DNA from: Octopus vulgaris
Lineage: Eukaryota
Assembly: GCA_951406725.2 (NCBI GenBank)
Contig: OX597843.1
Span: forward strand, 15,438,001 to 15,502,000
Length of the DNA: 64,000 nt
Direction: 5' to 3'
Numbering within the stretch: position 1 is the first letter of the stretch; the number at the start of each line of letters is the position of its first letter. The notes beneath the pieces are model-generated. The model saw only the letters and a list, made by a program, of their open reading frames with translations. It searched no databases and had not been told where the DNA came from. Shown in pieces: positions 51,908 to 64,000 of this stretch. The position numbers and the translations under genes are program-made.

Positions 51908-52379
51908 GGTTTTAGTTGCCAATCCTGTAAAATACATTGTAGATATTTAGCTGGGCTAAAAAGTCACATTCGATCACAGCACCAGTAACAGTTAAGCTTC
52001 GTCCAATGGCCATACTCGGTAACAAGGGGGCAGCCATAATAATACATGTATGTATTATGTATGTATGTATGTCATTATTCACTGTTATTTCAAGATTTGT
52101 TGGCAATAGAGGAGAGAGTTTCTATCCTACACCTACGGCTCCTTCATTGGAATTTCAACAACATCAATATTGCCATCATCTCGGAACTTTCTACCAACAT
52201 ATCCATGCATAGTCTTCTGTTCATAGATACTCATCCGTTCATCTAATGATACGTTGCGGTAGAGTCGTGCGACATCTTTGAGCATGTATTCTGTTATCAG
52301 ATAAGGAATGTTGCTCAAGGAGCTGCCTTCCAAGTCATATGAATTATGCAAACTTGGTCAAAGGATGCACTTTGACATT

Positions 52380-53270
52380 TGTGGTTATAAGATGTTACCG
52401 AAAGGATATGATACGACATTCAAAGACATTTTGCATCGATGTTAAGCCCCTGCCACCTTGTTTTCGTTTTAAGGAGAGGGGGTCTACTTCACCGTTTATG
52501 TGGAAATTATGTGTACTTGTCAGTATTTTCCGGGTTTTCACATAAACAGCTCGGATCTCATCAAGTGTCCAATAAAACAGCCCAAATGTTAGTATGAGTA
52601 CTTGCACAGCAAACACGTTGTGGGCCAATGTTTTATTGAATGCATAGATTTCTAAGGTCAAAATTTTATTTATTCAGCTGTAATGTTCTTTGTTTATACT
52701 TTAATGACACCTGTAAGTTAATGGTACCTGTAAAAAAGCACTTGTTTTGTTACAGGTGCTGTTATGAGATATATTTTCAACCACCCCTAGATATCTGTAA
52801 CATTCCTCTTCAGATATAGGGGAAACTGTCAGGTCATTGATGGTGATGTTGCGAGTCTGGTTTACATTTTTCGCCCTTTTCACAACCATATAACATTTAT
52901 CCTGAACAAACGCCAACCCAACATTTTTTGAGAATGTTGTAACTTGGTCAAGGCTCTTTTTCATCTCATCCATATTCTTTGCATAAAGTTTTAAGTCATC
53001 CACAAAGAAACAGCGTTCAATTTTGTAATTTCTGTTTCCTTTTGAACCAATGAGATATCCTTAACATGAATGACATGAGGTTTACAGAAAGTATAAACAA
53101 CATCATAACGAGGTTGTCCCCTTGGAATATGCCTTTGCGATATTGTATTCTGTGAGTGATAATAGTCACTCTTTGTGTTTAATTTCATGATGGTTGCCCA
53201 CAATGGAATCAGGTCAGCTATGGCTTTGATTATGGCTCACTGGAAATTTAGCAAGCTGAAGGGCTTCTAG
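52380..53270 (-). mobile_element. Decayed R4/Dong RT fragment
   Basis: FVDDLKLYAKN..., YRYLGVVEN, IYAFNKTLAHNVFAV..., RKQGGRGL across frameshifts. Confidence 0.75.
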
Positions 53271-53284
53271 CATCCATGGGAATT

Positions 53285-53352
53285 TATGTATGTATGTATG
53301 TATGTATGTATGTATGTATGTATGTATGTATGTATGTATGTATGTATGTGTG

Positions 53353-53384
<32 letters not shown>

Positions 53385-53512
53385 TGTATGTATGTATGTA
53401 TGTATGCATGTATGTGTATGTATGTATGTATGTATGTACGTATGTATGTATGTATGTATGTATGTATGTATGTATGTATGTATGTATGTATGTGCGTATG
53501 TACATACATATA
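53285..53512. repeat. (TATG)n microsatellite
   Basis: Seen directly. Confidence 0.95.
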
Positions 53513-53928
53513 CATACTGACTCGTATATTTTCTCGAGTGATGTGCTTAATCGGACCCCATTTTAAGTCTGTCATTTGGAACCTTCGCTGTTTATGCCGG
53601 ATTCTTCTCTGTTGTAAACAATCAAGGCTGGTCTTTGGTTTCAGGATATCTTCCTACTTTCCCCCAACCAATCACAGCAGCCTTCTGAATGATCATGAGC
53701 ATTGACTGTCTTCCTGGCTAAGCGCTAAATATATACTTTACCTCTCTACTTCGTTTTCTTCCTCTCTCTCCTCCGCAGCATCACTCTTACCAACCCACAT
53801 CCGCACATTATTTGTCCCTCCGCCCACATTTACACTTTATACACACTTCACACGCTAGACCACAGTTTCTACCTACACATCTCACTTCGGTAGCACAGTT
53901 ACTCTCTGCACACTTTATTACACACAAA

Positions 53929-53967
<39 letters not shown>

Positions 53968-54687
53968 ACAACTTTGTCCCATTGGATATTCTACATTTGA
54001 CACACACATACAGATGCATACACACTTGTACATAGACTCATACATATTCACGCACACTCACTCTTCAAACACATACACACACTCACACACACATACCCAT
54101 ACTCACAAGTGCTGCCCTCACACATTCGCTTTTGCACCCAACGTTTTGCTTTGTATCTCTAAACCACTCACTTCTCTCTCTCCCCCTCCTCCTCCTCCCT
54201 TTTCCTCCCACTACTGCTTGGCTCCTACTAACAGTTTACCTCCCCTATACGCACACATACCGCACCCTTCTTCTCTCCCTTTCCATTCGTGTTCACTCTT
54301 CTTCGAATAAAACCACTTTTGCTCTTCTCTCTTCTTTCGTCAGCCATTTTCTGTCTCTCACTTAACCCATGTGTACCAACCCTTTGCTTGTACCGTCTAC
54401 ATTATTTGACCTTCATGAAGTGTGCCATCTTTTTCAGACAATTTACATTACTGAATGTTTTACCTGCATTTTGCCCTTTCTTGTCTTGGTATTTGATCTT
54501 CTGAAGCAACTTTTCTCTCTTATTCGATTTTTATCCTATAGATTCTACTGCAACTGTCCATATCACGTCTTGCTGACTTTACAGTGTTCCCAGAGCATTG
54601 AACAGCAGTGATGGTGTCTGAATTGTGGTAACCGTCATGAATTATCATGAATACAGGTTTCTCTCTTCCAATATTTAGATGGCTTTC

Positions 54688-54892
54688 AAGGCGGCAAGCT
54701 GGCAGAAACGTTAACACACCGGGCGCAAAGCTTAGCAGTATTTCGTCTGTTTTTTCACGTTCTGTGTTCAAATTCCACAGAGGTCGACTTTGCCTTTTAT
54801 CCTTTCGGGGTAGCAGTTGCGTACTGGGGTCGATCCAATCGACTGGCCCTCTCCCCACCAAATTTCATGCCTTGTGCCTAGAGTAGCAAAGA
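54688..54892 (+). mobile_element. Family A SINE with probable TSD (aatatttagatggctt)
   Basis: aaggcggcaagctggcagaaacgtta head; aatatttagatggctt occurs at about 54670 and about 54892. Confidence 0.8.
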
Positions 54893-55941
54893 ATATTTAG
54901 ATGGCTTCCAGTCCGCCATATCAGCTTTTTTCTCATCTACAACTTTATGCTCTCTAACGCCTTTGCTTACCAATACACTACGTTTTCCTTAATATAATGG
55001 GACATAAAATCGTTATATTTAATACCGACACTCTGTATATCCATCCATCTACCATCTTCAACGCTCATTATTCCTGGGAGGGTCATGAGGACATCTGGTG
55101 CCTCAGGTACCTCCTGCATAGGGTACTATCAGAGGCAACTGCCAATACGCATACTGATTGAATTCTCAAGCATGACCAAATGAGGCTATGGATATTTTCT
55201 AGCCATCTCTTTTTGGTCTACCTCTACATTCCCTGCTGTTTTTCATCATTTTAAAGAATCGATCTTGCGATTTTGTCATGTGACATCCTAATCGCATGTC
55301 CGCATTACCGGAAATGTAGTGGCACAATACGGAAAAGTACCGACCTGATCTGGAGAGACTCCCTCATCTCCAAGGTACACACTGTGTCGAGTAAAGCTAC
55401 TCCAGTCTTTTCGGAGGAATCCCATTTCGGCCGCTTCTGTTTGAGATCAGACTCTTTCAGTCGTTAACCAATATTCATGACAACAGATGAGAATGGGCAC
55501 GAAACCCAAACTGAAGATAGTGTGTTTGGCTTTGTTACCAAGTTGTCTTCTTCTGGGGTTCGAATACTGGAACATTTTATTGTATCTCGGGAGGGTCATT
55601 AAGCCAATAAAAAACACATGTACTGGTTCTATTTCACTTTATTATTCCTCACTTTGTTAACAATTTGTTAACGAATTAAATAAATGAATGTTTGATTAAC
55701 CGTTTGGTTAACCTATCAACCAGTTATGGTTGTTAGCGACATTTTGTTGTCAATCGTGACCGCTTCGATGACTTGTTTTTGTTCTATACTTATGTAGTTA
55801 TGAGAGAGAGTGTACGTGAGAGAGAGGGTTAGAGAGTATGTCTGTGTACATATGTGTGTGTACATGTGAGCGTACATTCATGTGTGCGCTGTTGTGAATG
55901 TTTGCGTATGTATGTTTGTGTATGTCTGTGTGCGCGCGCGC

Positions 55942-55990
<49 letters not shown>

Positions 55991-56196
55991 TGATGGTTTG
56001 TGTGATACAGTTGAATCTATAAGTTCGGTAGAGCGAAGATGTGAATGTAAAGCGTGCGAATGGTAAAACGTTTATTCCTCATATCTTTATCTATAGTTTC
56101 CCTTTCATAAGACATGATATTGCAAGCTTCAGAGAATAACCCGGATTTTCTTAGTATTAATAATAAAAGAAAAAACGAAACGAGAATTTTACTTAC

Positions 56197-56354
56197 TTTG
56201 ACATTGCGAATAATCCAGTATAGGTATTCGTTTCCCTGAGCCTTCCTGACACGTGCCAGAGACAGCAACAGTTCTGTTATAGACTTCATTAATATATTTA
56301 ACGAAGGCTGGCAAGTGACATCCACACTTCATAAGGTTATTGTATTGGAGGTTA
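56197..56354 (-). CDS. aGPCR exon: last LRR plus LRR C-terminal cap
   Basis: ttacag|(I)NLQYNNLMKCGCHLPAFVKYINEVYNRTVAVSGTCQEGSGKRIPILDYSQCQ|gtaagt; CxC...C...C LRRCT pattern; phase 2 to 1. Confidence 0.9.
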
Positions 56355-56985
56355 CTGTAATAATAAAGAGAACTCTGAATGCGTTTCAGATCAACAGAGA
56401 AATTCCTATGTGATTTGACAAGAAACAAAGATTATAAAATTTGAGCAGGTTTATAAACGCTATGGCATTCATTTTTTTAAGTGTTGTTAATAACATCAAT
56501 ATTGCGAAATGGTTTCTAGTAGAAAGTGGAAGCACTAAGGTTCTATTCTCTTTTAGCTTAGATATTGAATAATAAAGTACCTTTAAATAAGATTACTAGC
56601 CACTTGAAACGATTCTATTTTATTGTAGTTTAGGGACATTTTAGTGTCGGGAATTTGGTGGTAGGGATCTTGCGCCGCTCTATCTGAGAAAACTCATTTA
56701 GACGGGCGGTTTTGGCGCTAAGAAGGTCGTGTTTATTCTATGTAGCAACTGGTTTTAAAACTAGAGACAGATTTCAGTGTTGTACAATTTATTGCTTGAG
56801 CGGCACAGACATGTATAGTAATACTCCTAATTAAGAAGGGGAAAATTAATATTCAATTTTGATATATCAATTTGAATATTTTCAGTGTTTTTCAAAAAAG
56901 AGCAACAGCAAGAACAATAGCAACAACAACACAAATACAACAACAACAACAATAATGATGATAAAAAAAAAAAAAATAATAATAA

Positions 56986-57055
<70 letters not shown>

Positions 57056-57059
57056 TAAA

Positions 57060-57270
57060 CAACAATGACTATTTGAAGTGAGAAATAGAAGTTTGTTGAC
57101 AATGAAGAGAGTAGAGGTGATACCAGTAGTAGTTGGTACATTTGGAAGTATTAGCACTCAACTACCAGCATGACTGAAAACAATTGGTACAAGTGTGAAG
57201 GTAGAACACCTAAAAGAAATCAGTATTGCTTGGAACGCAAGAATTCTTCGTAGCGTTCTTGAAGTATAAA
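57060..57270 (+). mobile_element. R4/Dong 3' fragment after (TAA)n; a second fragment at 57850-58020 follows the (GAT)n tract at 57325-57790
   Basis: KRVEVIPVVVGTFGSI...LLGT.RILRSVLEV*; RMHGQF...SWAWLERSDLKRTTESLI..A*DQAL. Confidence 0.75.
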
Positions 57271-59189
57271 CAGTAAACAAGTAACACTTTCCATCAAACC
57301 CAGAAAAGTAAGCTGTGAGTTTTCATATGATGATAATGATGATGATGATGATGATGATGATGATTATGATGATGATGATGATGATGATGGTGATGATAAT
57401 GATGATGATGATGATTATGATGGTGTTGATTATGATGATGATGATTATGATGATGATGATGATTATGATGATGATGGTGGTGATGATGATGATGGTGATG
57501 ATAATGATGATGATGATGATTATGATGGTGATGATTATGATGATGGTGATGATTATGATGATGATGGTGTGATGGTGATGATAATGATGATGATGATGAT
57601 TATGATGGTGATGATTATGATGATGGTGATGATAATGATGATGATGATGATTATGATGGTGATGATTATGATGATGATGGAGGTGATGATGATGATGATG
57701 ATGTTGATGATGATGGTGATGATTATGATGATGGTGATGATTATGATGATGATGGTGGTGATGATGATGATGGTGATGATGATGGTGATGAGGAGGAGGG
57801 GGAGAGGGAGGAGAAGGAGGAGGAAGCGGAAGAGTAGGATTATCCAAAGTGCTTAGGAGAAGAGAAAAGAATACATTCTTTAAATGAGAATGCATGGACA
57901 GTTTGAAAGGAATAAACAGGATGTTAAGGATAATACAGCATCGTGGGCATGGCTTGAGCGAAGTGATTTGAAGCGTACCACTGAAAGCCTGATCATTGTT
58001 GCATAAGACCAGGCTCTCCCTGCCTCATTGGTCTGTCTTATTCGCTGTGTATTGACCAAAACCAAATAATCCATTGATGAGGAGGTCCTCACGTAATCGC
58101 TAAAGCCAAAAACCTCTCAGTTCAATTGTCTTATGCCTGAGTAGAAATTAGAGGGAAAATGAATAAAAGAAGGTTTAAGCTTCTCATTTGACCCTTCACA
58201 TGCAATCATAGACATCTTCATACACATTCAAGCATGAATATGGTAGTAGAAAGTAAAGTTAGAGTTACAGAGAGAGAGAGAGAGATGGGGGTATGAATGT
58301 AATCCATTGCCACCACTCTGTACTACATACTGCAGTAGATTTATTAGAGAGGAGAAATGAGAAAATGATAATTGAAAATAACAGATACCAAATAAAATTA
58401 GGTAGGATGTGGTTAGAGAATCTTTAAATGATATTCTAGATATAGTTTTGAATTATAAGACAAACATGATATAGTAAAATGTATTGGGCAAACAGATTAT
58501 ATACAGCTGTCAGAAGAGAAAGAGATGACATACAATATATAAATGGCATACTAGATTTAGAGGATATAGTAGATATAGATGATATGCTATGATAGATTTT
58601 GATGATATGTTTGAAGAGATGACATACACGATATGGATAAATCTACTAAATGTAGCTAACCTGCAATATAGAGATTACCAGCTACAAGATATAAGTGACA
58701 TACGAGCTATTGTTGTCAAACGGTATTGTCATATAAGTGTTGTGGCGAAAGTTGATAGGTATTGCGAAGCTGCGAAATATTGCTGAGTAAAATACCAGTT
58801 ATATTTGACATGAGAGATTTAGCTTTATAAGCATTCTAAATATAAGTGGAAATTATAGCAGATATATCTAAAATTGTAGGTATTGGAAATATTTTCTCCC
58901 TCGGCACTTCCTTTATTGAAAATGATTTTCAGAAGAGAATATTCTGAACCTTTTAGGAATTTTGCTACATCGTAATGCAATTCTATCATGTTCTGATAAA
59001 TACAATTTTGAAATAGATCTGCTTGTATACCTCCCAACCTCTAATACTGCGCAAACGTTGTTAGTTTTACTACTATTTATCTCCCTTAAAATGTTCTCCA
59101 TTCCAAGCAGTGTGGTTAAGCTTTAATAGGGATAGGATTGTGTTAAATTTCCCTCTCTTTCTTTACCTCTCCACACACACGTGTATATA

Positions 59190-59284
<95 letters not shown>

Positions 59285-60037
59285 TAACACAGAAGAATGG
59301 AGATATCATACATATTGAACCATCCCGTTTCTGTCAGATTGGCAAATCACAAAATATTGCGATATAGTAATACTGCGTATTAATCGACCCAACAGTTACA
59401 GGGTGTTCTGTTTTCATGTTCTGAGTTCAAATTTTCGAGGACGATTTTGCCTTTCACCTTCTTGGGGTCAATGAATTAAGTACCAGCCGAGCACTAGGGT
59501 GGATGTAATCGACAAACCCCCAGCCACAAAATTGCAGGCATTGTGCTTATCGTAGAAAGAATATTATACCAAATGGTTTCGTGGTAGAAATACAGAGGCA
59601 AATACAGCAGTCAGAAATATTTGAATGGAATTTTTGTGGATCTTATTCCTTCTGATAACTCCGTTGTCATAAGGATATAATAAGTAATAACAATATATAT
59701 ATGTGTGTGTGTATGCTTATATATGCACATACGCATACACACACAGGAAAATTTATATATGTGTGCAAGAAGGTTTGTATGTAGGCCACTCTCTCGACTC
59801 CAGTTAATTATGTGTATTTATAAACATGGGGTAAACTAGATCAAATCAACCTTCTGATATTTGAACATAAACTTTTCGATAATAAAACACAGTGCTCGGA
59901 AATCATGTTGATCCACTGAAATTTAAATCAAATCATTGTTGTTTATTACCAACAACATTTAACGAGGAATTGAGAATTTGATGACCTCATTTTATTATTT
60001 TTATTTTCTTATAACCCAAAAGAACTTGTTTGCTTAC

Positions 60038-60109
60038 ATTGTAGCTATGCTGGGAAGGAATAAGAAAGCGCCATCTTCATATTTTTCTATTCGGTTGCTG
60101 AACAAATAT
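60038..60109 (-). CDS. aGPCR exon: single 24-aa LRR (72 nt, phase 2-2); more 5' exons probably lie beyond the window
   Basis: tttcag|xYLFSNRIEKYEDGAFLFLPSIAT(I)|gtaagc matches LxxNxIxxxxxxAFxxLxxL. Confidence 0.9.
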
Positions 60110-60630
60110 CTGAAAAAGAGACAAATATTACACACTTTAAAATAAGTAAAAATAAATAAATATGTTTTTCCTGTTCAGTACTAAATTGTGTTTCAGTCAA
60201 CACTAACAGGGTAAATGCTGATATTACACACTATAATTGTTTATTTCTCTTTATAGTTCTCTGGGAAGTGTTGTTTGAACAAGAATAGGTTCCTTCAATC
60301 TAACTTAATTATCCTAAAAGAAAACCTGATAACAAAACAGCAAAAGATGGAAGGGAATAAAATACAAAAATTAAAAAAATAACAAGGAGACTTTCTTATG
60401 TGCACAATATGGGTTTTAGTCAACATTCTCATCTATGGTAGAAATATCATCCTCCATATAGGCATGGTTCTGTGGCAGGAAAATTACTTCTCACATCCAT
60501 GGATTCTTTAGTCCAACTGTGTGGCACCTTGGACAAATAACATTAACCTTGGGTCAACTAAGCGTTGTGAGTGAATTTGCAGCAGGAAACTTTGTGGATT
60601 CCCTTCGTATGTACATATATATATATATAC

Positions 60631-60715
<85 letters not shown>

Positions 60716-62004
60716 TATATGCGTGTGCTTGTCACCAACGCTTGATAAACAATATTGGTTTGTTTACGTTCCCCGTAACTCAGTGGATCCGCAAAAGGTA
60801 TCCGACTGATTAAGTGCCAGATTTTAAAAATTCAGTAGTAAGGATGAGGAAAGGCTTGAAGGTAGTACCCCAGCATGGCCGCAATCTGATTATTGAAACA
60901 AGGAATAGTAAAAGTACATACTCCAGTAGCAGTGTAATGATAAAAAAGGTTTTCAAAACAATAAAATAATAATTATTGCAATAACATTGACCATCATCAG
61001 GCTAGTACATAACTTTCAGAATCCTATTCAAAGTACATAAAACAATGGTCACCTTTTGGTAGAAGATATATACTGGGTACCTATAAATTGACTTTACAAT
61101 TTGAACACTTCAGAAGGCAATGAAGAACAAGGATAGCTCATCAAACTTTATTGGAAATCATTGGCAAACAAATATCAGAAGCATTAGAACACTTCGACGT
61201 GGATTTAATTGTTACCAATTCTACGTCGCTAAAAGCCACACTGCTTTTTTCTTGGTTGATTTTTATAACGGGATTTTTACTAAAAGAGTCTTCCCCATGA
61301 AGACATTCTTTTAAATTTTATTAATCTACACATTTCCTTTGGAAATAACTGAGATATTTTGATTCAAAGTCACTTTTTTCGCCTTACGCTGCCATTTTTT
61401 ACCTCGAAAACTTTGAAATAAATATTTTAAAGAATCAATTTCCAATTATTTTAGCTCGAAATGTAGCTTACATCTCGATCATCATTGCCAAAACGATGCA
61501 ATTAATTAGGTTGAGAGCTGAATTACTAATTAAATCATGTAATAGGAGTGGAAGAGCTGCACTCTGTTGTTCACAGTCTCTAAGTGAAGTTCAGTAACAA
61601 GGACGGGGAGTCAAATGTTGGGGTGCCGGGTGGGATAATCTATAGTCACCTTGATACTTTGGTGGATGGAGTTGGCTACTTGCTGGATGCTCTCCATTAT
61701 GTTCCTCTCTGTTTCCACATTACCGTTACTAGAGCTGGCTTAACTGTGATATTAATGCCATCTATATACCTACAGAAAATTAGAAGAGTTGTGGACTGTT
61801 TTGCCAAGAATTGCTTAGGTTTTCTGATCCACCAGGTCATGAAGAGGCCGGCAATATCTCCAGATACACCGACACAAATGGCTGCACCTTGAACTTACAT
61901 GTATAGTTTCAAGCATTTGTCTTATGAAGGAAGGCCGAAGACGCACGACCTTTGTTCTCTCGAAAAACGATGACGCCGTGGTGATCTCATTCTTGGTCAC
62001 TACA

Positions 62005-62331
62005 TCATAAGCGGAAAGTGTAAACTATCGAAAGAGCTGTTCTTCACCCCTGCTCCAGAGCGTCGGCTGCAGGGTCACTCCGAAAAGCTCTATCTACGAC
62101 GATTTCATCTCAATCGAAGGTGAGGGGCTTTCTCCGTCCGGGTTGCGGATCCGTGGAATAAGCTGCCGGACGAGATAGTGAAGATGCCGACGACCGCTCG
62201 GTTCAAAGTCTCTCTTGACCAGAAATAGCCTGAACTCTTTGTATGACCACCCTCCCTGTACATAACGCCCTGTCCCCCTACATGGTCTTGCTTTTGCTTT
62301 TTGAGACAAAAAATTAAACTAAACTAAACTA
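62005..62331 (+). mobile_element. CR1-like LINE 3' end with (AAACT)n tail
   Basis: RLQGHSEKLYLRRFHLNRR*GAFSVRVADPWNKLPDEIV...FKVSLD. Confidence 0.8.
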
Positions 62332-62734
62332 GTTATACTTTTGTCTGTGGTTCTTCAAGGTGGTTCTTACGCTAGCTCTTACTGCCTGTGCAATCATTCC
62401 TTTCTCCTAATTGTTGTTCTCAGGGAGTTGGGTGGGTAGGATCAAGCCACACCAGCGCTCAGTGGTGTATTTATTTACTGCTGAAGTGATGGTGGGTGGT
62501 CTAAGAATCTGTGATCTGGCGGGGTAGAATATAAAGTCTAAGAATGAGACACGGATCACGCGTGTTGACCTCACTTCACATTTCACAGACAATCTCATTA
62601 CATTATACTCCAGCAATATCGATGTCAATAGATGGGTAGAGGGAATCAAGTCCTTAGTGTCCACTACACAACATGTGAAGAACTTGGAGTGACCGAAAAT
62701 ACTCATTTTATTGAGGATGTCCTCAGTGCTAACA

Positions 62735-64000
62735 TAGAGGAAGAAGAAGAATCAGAAGGAGAATAAGGAGGAGAATAAGAAGGAGAAGAAAAAGAAGAAG
62801 AAGAAGAAGAAGAAGAAGAAGAAAGAGAAGAAGAATAAGAAGAAATAGAAGAAGAAAAGAAGAAGAAGAAGAAGAAGAAGAAGAAGAAGACGAAAAGAAG
62901 AAGAAGATGAAGAAGAAGAACAAGAAGAGGAAGTAGAGGAGGAGAAAAAGAAGAAGAAGTAGAAGAAGAAGAAGTAGAAGAAGAAGAAGAAGGAGACGAG
63001 GAAAAAGAAGTAGAAGAAGAAGAACAAGAAAGAGAAGAAGAAAAGAAGAAGGAGAAGAAGAAAAGAAGAAGTAGAAGAAGAAGATGAAGAAGAAATAGAA
63101 GAAGAAGAACAAGAAGGAAACAAGAAGAGGAAGTAGAGGAGGAGAAAAAGAAGGAGAAGAAGAAGAAGTAGAAGAAGAAGAAGAAGAAGAAGAAGAAGAA
63201 GGAGACGAAGAAGAAGAAGAAGAAGAAGAAAGGAGAAGAAGAAAATGAAGAAGAAGATGAAGAAAAAGAAGAAGAAGAAGAAGAAGAGGAAGAAAAAGAA
63301 GAAGAAGAAGGAGGAGTAGAAGAGAAACAAGAAGAAGAAGAAGTAGAGAAGAAGAAGCATGAAAAAGAAGAAAGAAATGAAGAAGGAGGTGGAAAAGGAG
63401 AAGAAGGAAGAGAATAAAAAGAAAGAAGACAAGAAGAAGAAGAAGAAGGAGGAGGAGGAGGAGGAGAAGTAGATGAATAAGTAGAAAGTAGAATTAAGTA
63501 AAGAAAAAGCAGAAGAAAAAGGATGAGGATGAGGGGGGAGTGGGAGAGTAAGAATTACAAGAAGAATAAAGAGGAAAAGAAGGAGAAGAAGAAGAAAGTA
63601 GAGAAGAAGAAGAAGAAAGAAGAGAAGAAGAAGTAGGAGTAGTAGAAGAAGAAGAAGAAGAAGAATAGGAAGAAAAAGACGTCGAAGAAAAAGAAGAAAA
63701 GAAGAAGGAGAAGGAGGAAGAGGAGACAAAAGGAGGAAGAGGAGACAAAAGGAGGAAGAGGAGACAAAAGGATGAAGAGGAGAGAAAAGGAGGAGGTGTA
63801 TGAAGGGGAAGTAGAAGTAAAAGAAGTTGAAGAAGGAGGATGTGGAGGAGGAGAAGGAGAATAACAAAAAGAAGATAAGAAGAAGAAAGAGGAGGGAGAG
63901 AGAAGTAGATGAAGAAGTACAAAGTAGAAGAAGAAGAAGAAGAAGAAGAAGAAAAATAAAGATGAAAGAGAAGAATAAGATAAAGAAGGAGGAAGATGGG
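62735..64000. repeat. (GAA)n-rich polypurine low-complexity tract
   Basis: Seen directly. Confidence 0.95.

Noticed and set aside
51905-51988. C2H2 finger CQSCKIHCRYLAGLKSHIRSQH as a zinc-finger gene
   Set aside because: A single isolated finger next to a microsatellite; matches the C-terminal finger type of RTE LINEs.
61899-62000. AG/GT-bounded segment as a further upstream aGPCR exon
   Set aside because: Translation has no LRR pattern and it abuts a CR1 fragment.
62729-63922. Phe/Leu/Ser-rich ORFs up to 371 aa (similarly 27405-28625)
   Set aside because: (GAA)n and (GAAA)n repeats.

Overview
Eukaryotic, repeat-dense, AT-rich genomic DNA. The SINE families and the receptor sequence suggest an octopus (coleoid cephalopod); this is an inference from pattern recognition, not a database hit. 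A 100-N scaffold gap lies at 17279-17378. Nearly all ORFs in the supplied track are microsatellite or transposon noise. Two real minus-strand genes can be rebuilt from splice sites. (1) The first coding exon of an Aa_trans-family amino-acid transporter (1377-1490). (2) A 14-exon, >42 kb adhesion GPCR (60109 down to 17421) with domain order LRR, LRRCT, Ly6/uPAR three-finger-like module, SEA-like region, GAIN, GPS, TM1, TM2. It has a non-canonical GPS (RL|K instead of HL|T), a 1-bp frameshift in one GAIN exon, and no TM3-7 exons after the gap. The most striking non-coding structure is in its introns: three consecutive foldback elements at 40.8-43.6 kb, inserted in (TA)n. Two are built from ~470-490 nt tandem/permuted units and one is a perfect 432-bp palindrome. 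Each carries a type I hammerhead ribozyme motif on both strands, and further hammerhead motifs occur at 32.7-33.0, 37.5 and 45.3-45.6 kb (Penelope/retrozyme-like). Also present: an RTE LINE with a 19-bp TSD, a full-length decayed mariner, R4/Dong fragments in (TAA)n, CR1-type tails, a Helitron-like element, many tRNA-derived SINEs and long microsatellites.
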